A stretch of DNA of 64,000 nucleotides from assembly GCF_009914755.1 (NCBI RefSeq), contig NC_060947.1; one strand, written 5' to 3'. The position numbers and the translations under genes were made by a program. Position 1 is the first letter of the stretch; each line of letters begins with the position of its first letter. This document shows positions 30,231 through 48,500 of the stretch, in pieces. Source of the DNA: the human T2T-CHM13v2.0 reference genome, Homo sapiens. The notes under the pieces are model-generated. The model searched no databases, was not told the origin of the DNA, and saw nothing but the letters and a program-made list of their open reading frames with translations.

Positions 30231-32744
30231 TGATATGACGAAAATAGAAAACATTAATGTATTTTTTTAAAGAAATAAAATTTATAGTAAAACATATAGA
30301 CATATAAGGAAAACTACAGACCTAAATGATTATGCTGATAAATTTTATCAATCACTTATGGAAGAAATAATAATAACTTTACACATACTCTTTCAGAAAA
30401 TGCAATAGATACACTTTGCTAAACATTTTATGAGGCCAATGTAACCATGATGCCACAACCAGACAAGGACATCACAAGAAAAGCATATTATAGTTCTGTA
30501 TGTTTTATGAGGCTGGATGGCAAAAAAAAAAATGAGTGCCAAAATATTAGCAAATTAAGTATATCAGATATATTTAAAGGATAACATAACATGATCAAGT
30601 AGATAATATTCCAGGAATGCAAATTTGTTCAATATTTAAAAAGCAACCAATGCAATTAATAATATTAAAATAAAGAAGAAAGTCATATTTTTGTAGCAGT
30701 AGATACACAAAGAACAATTGACAAAATCAATATCCATTCTAGATAACAACTCTCAACAATAAACTATGAATAGCGGGGGATTTCCTGGAAATCAGACAAA
30801 AAGCCACAACAACAACAAAAAAACCCACTTGTATCTGACATTATGCTAAATGGTGATATATTACACACTTCATCCCTAAGACTGGAAAGAAGGCAAGAAT
30901 GTTTGTTCTCACCATTTCTGTTTAATATTGTACTCAAGCTCTGAAAAAGTGCGAGAAGGCATAAAAATATTTAGGACACATACAGATTGTAAAGGTGAAA
31001 GTAAATTTGTCACTTGAAAGTCATTCAGAGATGACTTGCTTATGTACATTAAAGAAAACTAAAGAATCTTAAGAAAAAACACTAATAGGAAAAATGAATT
31101 AAGCAAAGTTACATGTTATGTTGATAAAATACAAAAATAGTTGTATTTCTCTTTACTAGTAGCAAATAATTATCAAGAAAAATTTAAAATTATCTGAAGG
31201 TATAAAAATGCATTAAATATTTTAAAATATATTTTACAAAAGGCATATATCACCTTGTCACTTAAATCCACAGCATATTGCTTAGAGAAGTGAAACAAGA
31301 CCCACATAAATGGAGAAGTGTACTTTATTCATATGTTGGAATACACAAGATTGCTACAATTTGCATTCTCCCCAAAGTATTTCTACAGATTCCATGCAAT
31401 TTCAATCAAAACTCCAATACATGTAATATATCAATTGACAGTATTATTCTAAAACATATGTTGAAATTGGAATTTAAATTATCTAGAATAGCCAAATTAA
31501 GTGTGAAATAGAAGCAATAAGTTAGAGGACACATGCTACCTTATTCAAGGCTTACTATAAAGCTATGGTAATCAAGACAGTGTGATGTTGGCATAAGAAC
31601 AGACACATAGTTCAGTGGAAAAAAATTAAGAGTCTAGCAGTAAACCTACCTATCTATGTGCAAATTATATTGACAAAACCACCAGGGTAAAAAGGAAAAC
31701 TTGAACAATGATGCTAGGACAACTATATATCTCTACGGAGAAAAGAAAGATAAACTATTATTGATCACAATACATACACATACAAATTCAAAATGGGTTA
31801 TAGACCTAAAAATAAAATTAAATTTAGACAATTTCTATAAGAAATATTGCATTGGCCATCTTTTCATGAATGAAAACATGGATAAATTTGACTTCATTGG
31901 CAGCAGAGACCTGTGCTTTTTAGAAGTTACCAGTTTAACAGAATGAAAAGTCAAGCCATTAACTAAAAACATGTGTGCACTACATATATCTGACAAAAAT
32001 CTTGCCTGGAAAATATATAAACAACTTTTAACACAATAACAAATAAGAAAAGAAAGAAATTACAATTATGCAGAATACTTAAACATTCACAAAAGAAGAT
32101 GTAGAAATGACAATACGTGAAACAATAAGCAGCAATTTTAGTCTTCAAGAAAATTCAAATGAAAACAACAATATTACTTCCCATCCACTAGAATGGCTTA
32201 AAAGACAAGATCGGACAAGGACGAATGTTGGTGTGAATGTAGAGCTATTGAAAGTCTCATGTTTTTCTGGTAGGAGTATAAAATTATACCTCATACTTGA
32301 CAAAGAGTTTGACAATTTCTTATAAAATTAAACATGCACCTGTTCTGTGACACAGTAATTCCAATCTTGATTATTTCCTCAAAAAGAAATAAAAATATAT
32401 ACCCACAACAAGGCTTATACACATATGTCTATACCAGCTTCATTTATAATAGCCCCAAAATGAAAATAGCCCCACAATCTATCCACTGGTAAGTAGATAA
32501 ATAAATTATGGTATATTTATGCCACAAAAAAAGACTCAGCAATAAAAATGAGCTGCTGCAATGCACAGTAACATGAATTAATCTCCCAGATATTATTTTG
32601 AGGGAAAGCAGCCAATCCAAAACACTACACACAGTATATTTACATTTATATAAAAATAATCTAAGTTATGGTCACAAATATTAGATCAGAGATTGCCTCA
32701 GGTGGAGATAGGATTGTGAAAATAATTTATAGTAAACTATTAGA

Positions 32745-33869
32745 ACTTTTTTTAACTCCCCAAGCTGCAACATTAAATGCAGAATCCCTGCTTAGTGGGC
32801 CCATATCAATAAATTCACCCTGATCCAACTTTATGTTTCTTTCGCCATTATCCCACATCCACAATATCCATTCCCAGGCCTGTTCTCCAGATTTCTGCTT
32901 ATATAAATTAGAAAACTCAAGCAGTTATTTTGGGGTGTAACACATCTCCTCGTTGGTCACACTCTGAACCTCACCTTTAGAGGCTTGCCAGGACTTGAGT
33001 CTAGTTATAGGTCTGGAAGCCAACAGGGGTTTGCGGGGGTGGGTTCTGAGGAGAATCAGCATTGTATTGCCTGTCAACTTCTTCAGGGGAGGCCATCACT
33101 GTTGCCTCAAGCAGTGCAGGGTTAATCTTCTCAGACAAAGGTGGAAAGGCTGATGGCAGCCTGGGTGGGGGAGGGGATCTTGCCACCACTGGGGGTGGGG
33201 AGGCTGTTTTCTCTGGCAGAAAAGACTCATCAGAATTTAGGAGTTTAATGCTCCCAGCCTCATCGGGTTTCTCCCATATGTCCCAATTTAAGTTGCAGGG
33301 TCCCATTCATTTCCAATCAATACCCTCACTATAAAAGCAGACAACTGGTGAGGCTGTGTGTGTGCCTTTTGTTGCAAGTCAACCACTTGCATGATAAAAG
33401 CTTGTGTCTGATTTTCTACAATTTTAGCCACATGTCTACAGGAGATAAGACTCTTACTAAGGACAATTTTAGAAGATTTGATGCTCAGTATGTGCTTCCG
33501 GAGCCAGGAGTTAGAATCACTGAGCTCACGGTTTTCGTTCATCACTTTGTCCAGTGAACTTAGAAGCAACCAAACAACTTCATTATATCCCTTGATTTTC
33601 CACATACGGTCAAAGATATTGTGTATAGAGTCACTAAACTTCTTGCCTCTCAAAAGCGGTGAATCAGAAGTATCAAATGCATTTATTCTGCATATTTCTC
33701 TAAACAGCTTACACCAATGACTATCAGTGTTCTCCATACTATTAGAAATAGAGTCCTTAGCATTTTGGAGTCTAATCATGTTAAGCAGCCAACCTAGAAA
33801 CCCCAAAACCAACTGAAGAAATCCATCCTTAAAATTTTGTTCCTCTAGAACCACTCCTGGACCAAAATC
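32745..33869 (-). mobile_element. HERV-L (ERVL) internal 5' fragment: leader and disrupted gag
   Basis: ORFs 33288-33854 and 33001-33306 with ERVL gag-like ENTDSHW..LF, LIGNEWDPAT, WDIWEKPDEAG, LPSAFPPLSEKINPAL; abuts an MLT2A LTR. Confidence 0.9.
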
Positions 33870-34388
33870 TGTATTAGTCAGGGTTCTCTAGAGGGAAAGA
33901 ATAGGAAAGATGTATATATGAAGGCAAGTTTATTAAGAAGTATTGATTCACAGGATCACAAGGTGAAGTTCCTCAATAGGCTATCTGCAAGCTGAGGAGC
34001 AAGGAAGCCAGTCCAAGCCCCAAAATCTCAAAAGTAAGAAAGCCAACAGTGCAGCCTTCAGTCTGTGGCCTGAGGCCTGAGAGGCCCTGGCAAACCACTG
34101 GTGTAGATCCAAGAGTTCAAAAGCTGAAGAACTTGACGTCTGATGTACCAGGGCCAGAAGCATCCAGCATGGGAGAAACATGAAAGCTGGAAGACTCAGC
34201 CTGCTTTTATCCTAACCATGCTGGCAGCTGATTAGATGGTGCCCACCCAGATTGAAGGTGAGTCTGCCTCTCCCAGTCCACTGACTCAAATGTTAATATC
34301 TTTTGGCAACACCCTCACAAACACACCCAGGAATAATACTTTGCATCCTTCAATCCAATCAAGTTGACACTCAATATTAACCATCACA
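33870..34388 (-). mobile_element. MLT2A (MLT2A2-like) 5' LTR of HERV-L
   Basis: TGTATTAGTCAGGGTTCTCTAGAGGG...CAATCCAATCAAGTTGACACTCAATATTAACCATCACA. Confidence 0.93.
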
Positions 34389-34520
34389 CATAGGAAAGAA
34401 AAAATACATTATAGTACATGGCTCAGCCACTCATAACATTTATAAAGTCATGATAATGTAGACATTAACTATTGAACCAACCAAAATGGCAATATAACTA
34501 TATTAGGAGAATGGGAAGGG

Positions 34521-34522
<2 letters not shown>

Positions 34523-34560
<38 letters not shown>
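34523..34560. repeat. (GT)19 microsatellite
   Basis: Seen directly. Confidence 0.97.
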
Positions 34561-34561
<1 letters not shown>

Positions 34562-34583
34562 GTGTATGTGTGAAAAGTAATTA

Positions 34584-35476
34584 TGCATTAGTTTTCTATT
34601 GCTGACCTAAAAAATTATCACAAATTTGGAAACTTACAGTACATTATTACCTCACAGTTTTGTATGTCAAAAGTATGACATGGATCTCATTGGGCTAAAA
34701 ACTAGATGCTGGGCTGGGCGCGGTGGCTCACGCCTGTAATCCCAGCATTTTGGGAGACCAAGGCAGGCAGATCATGCAGTCAGCAGATTGAGACCAGCCT
34801 GGCCAGCATGGTGAAACCCCATCTCTACTAAGAATACAAAAATTAGCTGGGAGTGGTGACACGTGCCTGTAGTCCCAGCTACACGGGAGGCTGAAGCACG
34901 AGAATCGCTTGAACCCCAGAGTCAGAGGTTGCAGTAAGCCAAGATTGGGCCACTGCACTCCAGCCTGGCGACAGAGCAAGACTCCGTCTCAAAAACAAAA
35001 GAAAACAAAACAAAACAAACAAACCCAAAACAAACAAAACAAATTGATGCTCACAGAGCTACATTTATTTCTAGAAGTTCTAAGGGAGAACGTATTTCCA
35101 TGATTATTCAAGTTCCTTGTGACTAATTGTTATGAATGATATCCCTTTTCCTTGCTGGCTTTAACTTGAGGATCGTTTCTATTCCTTGGCTCATGACCTC
35201 CTTCCTTCATCTTCAAAGACAGCAATGGCGTGTTTACTATCTCTCAAGCCATATATCTCTCTAACATGCTCTTCTCCCTTCATCTTCCACTTTTAAGGAC
35301 TCATATAATTATATGACTATATTGGGACCACGAGGATAATCCAGGAAAGTCTTCCCATCTCAAGATCCTTAGCTTTAATCACATATACAAAATCACTTTT
35401 GACATGTAAGATAACATTCAGGACCCAGGAGTTGTGGTGTGGATATCTTTGGAGGGTCATTATTCTGCTTACCACA
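34584..35476 (-). mobile_element. MLT1D-like MaLR LTR interrupted by an Alu
   Basis: TGCATTAGTTTTCTATTGCTG...GGATAATCCAGGAAAGTCTTCCCATCTCAAGATCCTTA...ATTATTCTGCTTACCACA. Confidence 0.82.
34712..35040 (+). mobile_element. AluS (Sg/Sc-like) with (CAAAA)n tail
   Basis: Full dimer; degenerate TSD AAACTAGATGCT/AAATTGATGCT. Confidence 0.93.
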
Positions 35477-35689
35477 AGCTAAATCCTCATGTTCTCTTTT
35501 CAGATGTCAATGGATTATGCTTAAAACTAGACAATTCCTATTATTGTAAATAAATCTGCCAAGAAAGGGGAGATAAAGGCATTGAAATATTCAGCAAAGA
35601 TCAGTCATTCACATTTCTGCAGTAATTGTAGGTCTGGACCATTCTCTACCATTCCACCATTTATTTCAATGTATCATGGCAAACTAAAA

Positions 35690-35880
35690 ACAGTATGGTA
35701 ATTTGTAGTCAGACCTACCTTGGCTGGAATCCCAGGCCCATCAATTACTAATTAATACTAGAGCATGGGCCTTGCCTCTCTGGTCTTGGTTTTCTCATTT
35801 GTAAAATGGGGGTATATATGAAGATTAGATTTAATATATGTTAAGTGTTTAACAGAGAATAAGTCCTGAATAAATGAAAA
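35690..35880 (+). mobile_element. MIR
   Basis: GTAGTCAGAC...GAATCCCAGG...GGTTTTCTCATTTGTAAAATGGGG. Confidence 0.7.
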
Positions 35881-36399
35881 ATAAACATTCTCTCCTATAT
35901 GACACACCTTTTATCTCAGGGATTATAAATGGAGAACAAGTAACTGTTGTTGCCAGCAAAGATTAGTGTTTCCAGTAAGTTTTCAAAAACTTTTACAACA
36001 TAGTATTTTATAAAGTGGAACCCCTCAGTGACTAATTCTTATTGGGCCTCAACCATGGAATGTTCTCTTCTGACCTCTGCAGGCTAGATTCATTTGTGCT
36101 GCTACCTAGATTTTTCTGTGACTCAGTGGTACTTAACTTTGAGTCATATCACTTTTTCATATTAATCAGCTCAAGTATTATATTCAAGATAACGCTCTAG
36201 GATTTCTGTCCTTCTCAGGTGGTATGAAATAATCTTAGGCTACGTGAGGTTTAGAAGAAAATAGCATGAGACATGACAATAACAGAATTTCCCTTCCTAG
36301 GCATCTTCATATTGTGATGTACTATAGCAAAATAAATTACATTTGGTAAATATCTGTATCCATGGGGACTTTGGAGCTTGACCTGAAAAAGACCATGAT

Positions 36400-37176
36400 G
36401 ACTAAGCTCTGATTTTTTTTTTTTTATCTTGTCCAAATTCCTATCTAAGAAGTCTGGGGAGTCATGGCCTACAAACAATAAATTCTCATCAGATGGGTTT
36501 GTTTAACAATATATTGTGACTTATTTTCCAACCTGATTCTGGCATAACATTATGAGACAAGGAAGAAAATTAAAATATTTCACCCCAAAACATGTTTATT
36601 TGCCATATCTCGAAATGGCCCTGCAAAGCTGTCCTTTGTGGGGGAAAATTTGGATCTGTAAAGAATCTCTATTAACATAGCTAGATCTTTTTCTTCCAGG
36701 CCCTCCCAATCCTAAAGACATTACTTAAGGGTCTAGAACCTTTTAAAGATCTAGATAGGAAACATTTGTCATATATTGCCTCCAAGGGCAGCCACTATAA
36801 GACTTTGAAGGAACCTTGGTCTCCACAATCTTTCATCTTAACCTGAACATTCCCTTTCTATCAGTTCCAGGTCTTTAGATAATCTCAACCAATTGTCAAC
36901 CAGAAAATGTTTAAATTTACCTATAGCCTGGAAGACACCCACCTCCCCGCCCACGCTTTGAGTTGTCCCACCTTTCTGGACCAATGTATTTCTTAAATGT
37001 ATTTGATTGATGTCTCATGCCTCCCTAAAATGTGTAAAACCAAGCTGCTCCCCGACTACATTGGATACATATTCTCAGGACCTTATGAGGGCTGTGTCAT
37101 GGGCCATGATCACTAATATTTGGCTCAGAATAAATCTCTTAAAATATTTTGCAAAGTTTTACTCTTTTCATCGACA
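36400..37176 (+). mobile_element. MER4-group (MER4B/D-like) LTR, 5' edge unclear
   Basis: TTTCACCCCAAAACATG...GAAATGGCCCTGCAAAGC...TTTGGCTCAGAATAAATCTCTT...TCTTTTCATCGACA. Confidence 0.85.
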
Positions 37177-37264
37177 ACAATTAAACGGTTTTAAATCCTA
37201 TAGTAAGACATTTGCCAACATTGCTTGATCATTTTTACTTCCACTCAATCATTAGGTCCCTTTA

Positions 37265-37372
37265 GGAATAGTCCCTTGAAGTCGGAGACCACATTTTAAT
37301 TTTCTTTGTGTTGTTGGCAATTAACACAGAGCCGGCAACATGGAAATTACTTAATACATGTTTGTTGAAAGT
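37265..37372 (+). mobile_element. L2 3' end fragment
   Basis: CACAGAGCCGGCAACATGGAAATTACTTAATACATGTTTGTTGAA. Confidence 0.55.
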
Positions 37373-40371
37373 TGAAAAGATTACAATTACAAGAACATTG
37401 TTGTCATTATTGCGAGAGAGGAAGGCTGATCCCCCATAGTTATACTATTCAGGTTGACCATACCAATTAATACCAATATCTAGAAATACTGGGTGTGGGA
37501 ACAGGGTCACAACTTTTCTACAACATCTTTGGTGAATTCATTACAGCTGGCACATCTCTATGAATTGCTCAGCCTGCGTTTGGACAGAAAAAAAGTATTG
37601 CAAATAAATGCCACTATGAGAGAAATTGAGTCAATCTCACAATTTGGTTCATCTTGCCTTTTATGTGGTGGTAGCATAGCATTATTGCCTATCTATTTCT
37701 GTTCTTACTGTACAGGATGCTTCAGTAGCAAATGAATTTTGAAAACATCATGGCATTTTTTGGACAATTTTTTTCTCATGAAATAAGTCACTTTATACTC
37801 TATATTGATATTTTTTAAAAGACCAGTTTTATGGGTGGAAGCCAGTAGAAAAGTTTATTTTCTAAAGACAAACAACTTGATATATTTAAATAATGTACAC
37901 AGTATAGATTTCTTGGCAAGTGATTCCTGATTTTAGCTCATATGCATAACCTACCTTTACTGTCACTGCAATTGCTAGCCAAATTTAATAGGAAATTAAG
38001 ACAAAAAGAAAACTTGCTCCTTTGCAGTAACCGCATGATTCATTACAATAGTCCTTTTATAGCAGAATAAAAAACGGAGAGATGAAACTTCAACTATTTG
38101 ATTGCTTTAAATATACAGCCAAGAATAAGCTTGTATGCATCAGTCTCTGGCTTTAGCATAATTTAGTTTTCTAAAGACCAAGATGTCTTTGAACTGAAGG
38201 GGACACCCTTTTTAAAACCAGCAAATGTGATACCTGTCAACAAGGATAAACATAGTATTAATGAGAGTGTATGTTAATACATTAAACTAGCAGGATATCA
38301 GCAGGATATCAGTTTTATTGCCAACTGATTTTTAGAGATGACCCACCATTTGAATTAGTGTTAGTGATAAATTATTTCCAAGTAGTATTAATCATACTCA
38401 CTGAGAAATTAAAATGTCATAAAATGATAAAGTGTTAAAGAAACAGTACCTCACATCTAAACCTGAATATTCAACTTAATATGACTGGAGTGTCTTCTCA
38501 AAAACATTCACAAAAAAATACTATTTTAACATGGTTTGGAGTTATATAACTGATTTAACATTCTACTAATTCTTTTAGTAATGCTTAATAAAACTAAAGA
38601 ATTTCTATACGTGGAAAAATGGTATATACCATATTATGATCCCTGTTTGCAAAAAAAAGGACATAACTGAAATGACAGAAGATCCTTCTTATTTTCCCAC
38701 TGATATAGTTTGGTAGATATTCTTTTTGTGGAATTGTGAGCTTTTAAAATTCTATGACTGCAAAGGTTCTGATTGAATAGGATCCGGAATTCTTTCTACA
38801 AATGAATTTATCTTTCTATACCTCGCTTTCAAGAGACTTCTGGATTATTGAAAGTTATTTAATAGGTTATAGGTATGCTCTTTCATAGCAAAAATGTGAG
38901 CTCTTTGGAAATAAGCAAAACCAGTAAAACGAAGTCCTTTAATTTCAAGGGTATTCTTTATACTTTTTTCAATTTTATTGCATTTTGGAATATTGGTACA
39001 TTTTAAATTCAATGTTGTGCATATCTAGTATATAAAGACTCCAGTTTCAAATGTATAGCTGACTCAAAATTGAAAATAAATTCAAACTTAAAAAAAATAG
39101 GCAAACACCCTAAAATTTCACATAGCTCTCCTTCTAATTCAGAAACTCAAAAACGATCAGCATTCTAAAATGTTTTAAATGTATTACACATAATGAATGG
39201 AAAACATTCCAGTGAACCAAATTCCTATGATGAATTATGGAAGCAAAAGTAGGAAGAAAGGTAAATTATGCAGATTGTAAGTTTTGCCACAAAATAAAAA
39301 AAAAATATCAGTATTAAATGAAGCTTCTAATAAACTAGAAAGAATAGTAATTTTTATTACCATCCTTGTTTTCCTAAAATAAACTTGTTCACAAGAAATG
39401 ATGACTTTTAAACAAATGAATCCCAACTAATAGGTCAAATGTTCTGATGATATTCAAATTATACTTGCTTTTTGTTCTTCTGACAGTTCTAGTCAGGATA
39501 TAAATCCTTCCCAAAGTCTCATTTCTAGAACTAAGGAGTTTTCATTTTATTATCACATGGCTAAATAGCTTTTGCCATGATGTACCATTTAGATCAAAGA
39601 ATTAATGACCACTGAGAAGAACTTTTTCTGAGGAATGTGAAATTTAATATTAAGAGTTTGGGGCTGTTGTTTCTATTACATATTCCTTCATGAAAATGTA
39701 GAATGTGCTAAACATTGATTTTTTTCAACCAAAACTTTTATTATGCTTTCTGTTTAAAAACTGATCATTACTTTTAAACATGTCTGGGTCCATCCATACT
39801 AGGAGAAAAATGCCCAAAATTTAACTTTATTTAACCTAATCATCCATTCTAGAAATGTCTCTTCTTTTCTCTATCAATCTTCTCTCATGTTTAATCTTTA
39901 TCATCTGTCCTCCATTTTCTCACCACCGAAACTCTGCTGTATTCTTTGAATCTGGTTTAGCATCCCACAAGTCTACTGCAAACCATTATCTCTAATATCA
40001 TCAGATTCAACAGACCTTTTTCTGCTCTCAATATCTAATCAGCAGTTGATAGTTTGAGGTAATTCATATTCTTTTCTTTGGCTTTCTTGAGGCTACTTTA
40101 TCTTTGGGAGATTACCCCACTTTATATTTTGTGCAAAAATTGTTTCCTGTTTAAAATGTGTTGGAAACATAAACATTTTATAGGTCTATCAGGCCTTTCA
40201 GAAAAGAGTTTAGTAATTAAATTAGACTTTAGCAACAATAAAGTTTAATCCACTGTACTCTGAATGCTTGTACATCTTTTATTCTCTCTGATAAGAGTTG
40301 TACTCAAGATTTTGTCCTTCCCATCTGTATATCACCATCATCAAAGACCAAAAGTAGATAAAACCACAAAG

Positions 40372-41388
40372 ATGGGGAAAACACAGAACAGAAAAACTGG
40401 AAACTCTAAAAAGCAGAGTGCCTCTCCACCTCCAAAGGAACGCAGTTCCTCACCAGCAACGGAACAAAGCTGGATGGAGAATGACTTTGACGAGGTGAGA
40501 GAAGAAGGCTTCAGATGATCAAATTACTCTGAGCTACGGGAGGACATTCAAACCAAAGGCAAAGAAGTTGAGAACTTTGAAAAAAATTTAGAAGAATGTA
40601 TAACTAGAATAACCAATACAGAGAAGTGCTTAAAGGAGCTGATGGAGCTGAAAACCAAGGCTCGAGAACTACGTGAAGAAAGCAGAAGCCTCAGGAGCCG
40701 ATGCGATCAACTGGAAGAAAGGGTATCAGCAATGGAAGATGAAATGAATGAAATGAAGCGAGAAGGGAAGTTTAGAGAAAAAAGAATAAAAAGAAATGAG
40801 CAAAGCCTCCAAGAAATATGGGACTATGTGAAAAGACCAAATCTACGTCTGATTGGTGTACCTCAAAATGATGGGGAGAATGGAACCAAGTTGGAAAACA
40901 CTCTGCAGGATATTATCCAGGAGAACTTCCCCAATCTAGCAAGGCAGGCCAACATTCAGATTCAGGAAATACAGAGAACGCCATAAAGATACTCTTTGAG
41001 AAGAGCAACTCCAAGACACGTAATTGTCAGATTCACCAAAGTGGAAATGAACGAAAAAATGTTAAGGGCAGCCAGAGAGAAAGGGCGGGTTACCCTCAAA
41101 GGGAAGCCCATCAGACTAACAGTGGATCTCTTCGCAGAAACCCTACAAGCCAGAAGAGAGTGGGGGCCAATATTCAACATTCTTAAAGAAAAGAGTTTTC
41201 AACACAGAATTTCATATCCAGCCAAACTAAGCTTCATAAATGAAGGAGAAATAAAATACTTTACAGACAAGCAAATACTGAGAGATTTTGTCACCACCAG
41301 GCCTGCCCTAAAAGAGCTCCTGAAGGAAGCGCTAAACATGGAAAGGAACAACCAGTACCAGCCGCTGCAAAACCATGCCAAAATGTAA
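40372..41388 (+). pseudogene. L1 ORF1p, disrupted
   Basis: MGKTQNRKTGNSK...ERNNQYQPLQNHAKM; premature stops at 40516 (TGA) and 40984 (TAA). Confidence 0.95.
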
Positions 41389-41436
41389 AGACCATGGGGA
41401 CTAGGAAGAAACTGCATCAACTAACGAGCAAAATAA

Positions 41437-45276
<3,840 letters not shown>

Positions 45277-45539
45277 ACAATGAGAACACATGGACACAGG
45301 AAAGGGAACATCACACTCTGGGGACTGTTGTGGGGTGGGGGGAGGGGGGAGGGATAGCATTGGGAGATATACCTAATGCTAGATGACGAGTTAGTGGGTG
45401 CAGCGCACCAGCATGGCACGTGTATACATATGTAACTAACCTGCACATTGTGCTCATGTACCCTAAAACTTAAAGTATAATAATAAAAAAAAAAAGAAAA
45501 AAAAAGAAGTATCTGCCATCCATTGGACTACATGTTTCC

Positions 45540-48500
45540 TTTTTTAAACCTTTTTAGGTACAGGGGTACATATGCTGGTTGGTTCTGTAGATAAATTGTA
45601 TGTTGCAGGGGTTCAGTGTACATATTATTTCATCACTCAAGTGATAAGCATGTATGTGATAGGCAGTTTTTTGATCCTTACCTTCCTCCAACTTTCCACC
45701 CTCAAGTAGGGCCTGGTACCTATTGTTCCCTTCTTTGTGTCCATGTGTCCTCAATGATAAGCTCCCACATATAAGTGAGAACACATAGTGTTTGATTTTG
45801 TCTTCTTGCATTAGTTCCCTTAGGATACTGGCCTCTACATCTATCCACATTCCTGCAATGGACATGATTTGTTCTTTTTTATGTCTGTGAAGCATTCCAT
45901 GGTGTATATTTACCACATTTTTGATATCAAATCTACCATTAATGGGCCTTTAGTTTGATTCCATGTCTTTGCTATTTTGAATAGTGCTTTGACGAACATA
46001 CATGTGCATGTGTCTTTCTGGTAAAATTATTTATATTCCTTTGTGTATATACCCAGTAACAGAATTGCTTGGTTGGATAGCAGTTCTGTTTGAAGTTCTT
46101 TGAGAAGTTGTCAAATTGCTTTCCACAGTGGCTGAACTAATTTAAATTCCCACTAGCAGTGTACAAGCCTTCCATTTTCTCTACAGCATCACCAGTTTCT
46201 GTTATTTTTTGACTTTTTAATAATGGCCATTCTGACTGGTGTGAAGAGCTATCACATTGTGTTTTGATTTGCATTTCTCTAATAATTAGCTATGTTGAGC
46301 ATTTTTTCATATGCTTGTTGGCCATACGTATGTCCTCTTCTGAAAAGTATCTGTTAATATCTTTGTCCACTTTTCAATTAGATTGTTTTTTGCTTATTAA
46401 TTTAAGTTCTTTATAGATTTTGGATATTAGGACTTTGTCATATGCATAGTTTGCAAATATTTTCTCCCATTCTTTGGGTTGTCTGTTTACATTTACTCTG
46501 TTGATAGTTTCCTATGCTGTGTGGAAGCTCTTTAGTTTCATTAGCTCCCATTTGTCAATTTTTGTTTTTGTTGCAATTGCTTTTGGCATCCTTCTCAAAA
46601 ATCTTTGCCAGGGCCTATGTCTAGTGTGGTATTTTCTAGGTGATTTGGTTTGGCTGTGTTCCCCCTCAAATCTCACCTTGAATTGTAATAATCTCCACCT
46701 GTCAAGGGTGGCACCAGGTGGAGATAATTGAATAATGGGGGCAGTTTCCTCCATACTGTTCTCTTGGTAGTGAATAAGTCACACAAGATCTGATAATTTT
46801 ACAAATGGGAGTTCTTGTGCACAAGTTCTTGCCTGCTGCCATGTAAGACATGAATTTGCTCCTCATTCACCTTCCGCCATGATTGTGAGGCCTCCCCAGC
46901 CATATGGAACTATGAGTAAAGTAACAGTCTTTTTTTTTTCTTAATAAATTACCCAGTCTTAGGTAAGTCTTTATTAGCAGTGTAAGAACAGACTAATACA
47001 TTAAATTGGTACTTGGAGTGGGGTGCTGCTGTAAAGATAACTGAAAATGTGTAAGCAAATTTGAAACTGGGTAAAAGGCAGAGGGTGGAACAGTTTGGAA
47101 GGCTCAGAGACAGGAAAATTTGGATAAGTTTGGAACTTCCCAGAGACTTGTTGAATGGCTTTGACCAAAATGCTGATAGTAACATGGACAATAAAACCCA
47201 GGCTGAGATGGTCTCAGATAGAGATGAGGAACTTATTGGGAACTGGAGTAAAGGTCACTCTCACTATGCAAAGGGACTGGTGGCATTTTTTCTCCTGCCC
47301 TAGAGATCTGTGGAACTTTGAACTTGAGAGAGATGATATGGGGTATGTGGTGGAAAAAAATTCTAAGCACAAAGACTTCGAGAAGTTACAGAGCATAAAA
47401 ATGTGGAAAATGTGCAGGCTGACAATGTAGTAGAAAAGAAAAACCCATGTTCTGGAGAGAGAGATTCAAGCCTGCTGCAGAAATTTGCATAAGTAATGAG
47501 GAGCTGAATGCTAATTACCAAGACAATGGGAAATGTGTCTCCAGGGCATGTCAGAGACCTTCATGGCAGCCCCTCCCATCACAGGCCCAGAGGCCTAGGA
47601 GGAAAAAATGGTTTCCTAGGCTGGGTCCAGAGCACCCGTGCTGTGTGCAGCCTAGGAACTTGCTGCCCTGCATTGCAGCTGCTCCAGCCATGGCTAAAGG
47701 TGGCCAAGGTACAGCTCAGCCCCAAACCTTGGCAGCTTCCACATGGTGTTGAGCCTGCAGGTGCACAAAAGTCAAGAATTGAGGTTTGGGAACTTCCCTC
47801 TAGATTCCAGAGAATGTACGGAAATGCCTTGATGTCTAGGCAGAAGTGTGCTGCAGGGGTGGGGCCATCATGGAGAACTTCTTCTATGGCAGTGCAGAAG
47901 GAAAATGTGGGGTTGGCGACCCCACACAGAGGCCACACTGCAGCACTGCCTAGTGGAGCAGTGAGAAGAGGGTCACCATCCTCCAGATCCCAGAATAGTA
48001 GATCCATCGACAGCTTGTACCATGCACCTGAAAAAGCCAAACACACTCAACACCAGCCCATGAAAGCAGCTGGGAGCAGGGGCTGTACCTTGCAAAGCCA
48101 CAGGGGCAGAGCTTCCCAAGGCAGTGGGAGCCCACCTCTTGCATCAATGTGACCTGAATGTGAGATATGGAGTCAAGGAAAATCATTTTGGAGTGTAAAG
48201 ATTTAATAACTGCCCTGCTGAATTTTGGACTCAAATGGGGCCTTTTGCTGCTTTGTTTTGGCCAATTTCTCCCTTTGTAATGGGGGTATTTACCCAATGG
48301 TTCTGCATCTCCCCCCCCCCCGCCATTGTATCTAGGAAGTAACTAGCTTGCTTTTGATTTTACAGGCTCGTAATTGGAAGGCACTTGCCTTGTCTCAAAT
48401 AAGACTTTAGATGTGGACTTTTGAATTAATGCTGAAATGACTTAAGACCTTGCAGGACTGTTGGGAAAGAATAATTGATTTTGAAATGTGACTGCATGAG

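Noticed and set aside
45320-45353. G-quadruplex-forming G tract (also ~51383 and ~27170)
   Set aside because: Ordinary L1PA 3' UTR feature
47061-48297. Overlapping ORFs up to 214 aa
   Set aside because: Decayed THE1 internal sequence; GC-richer DNA yields chance ORFs
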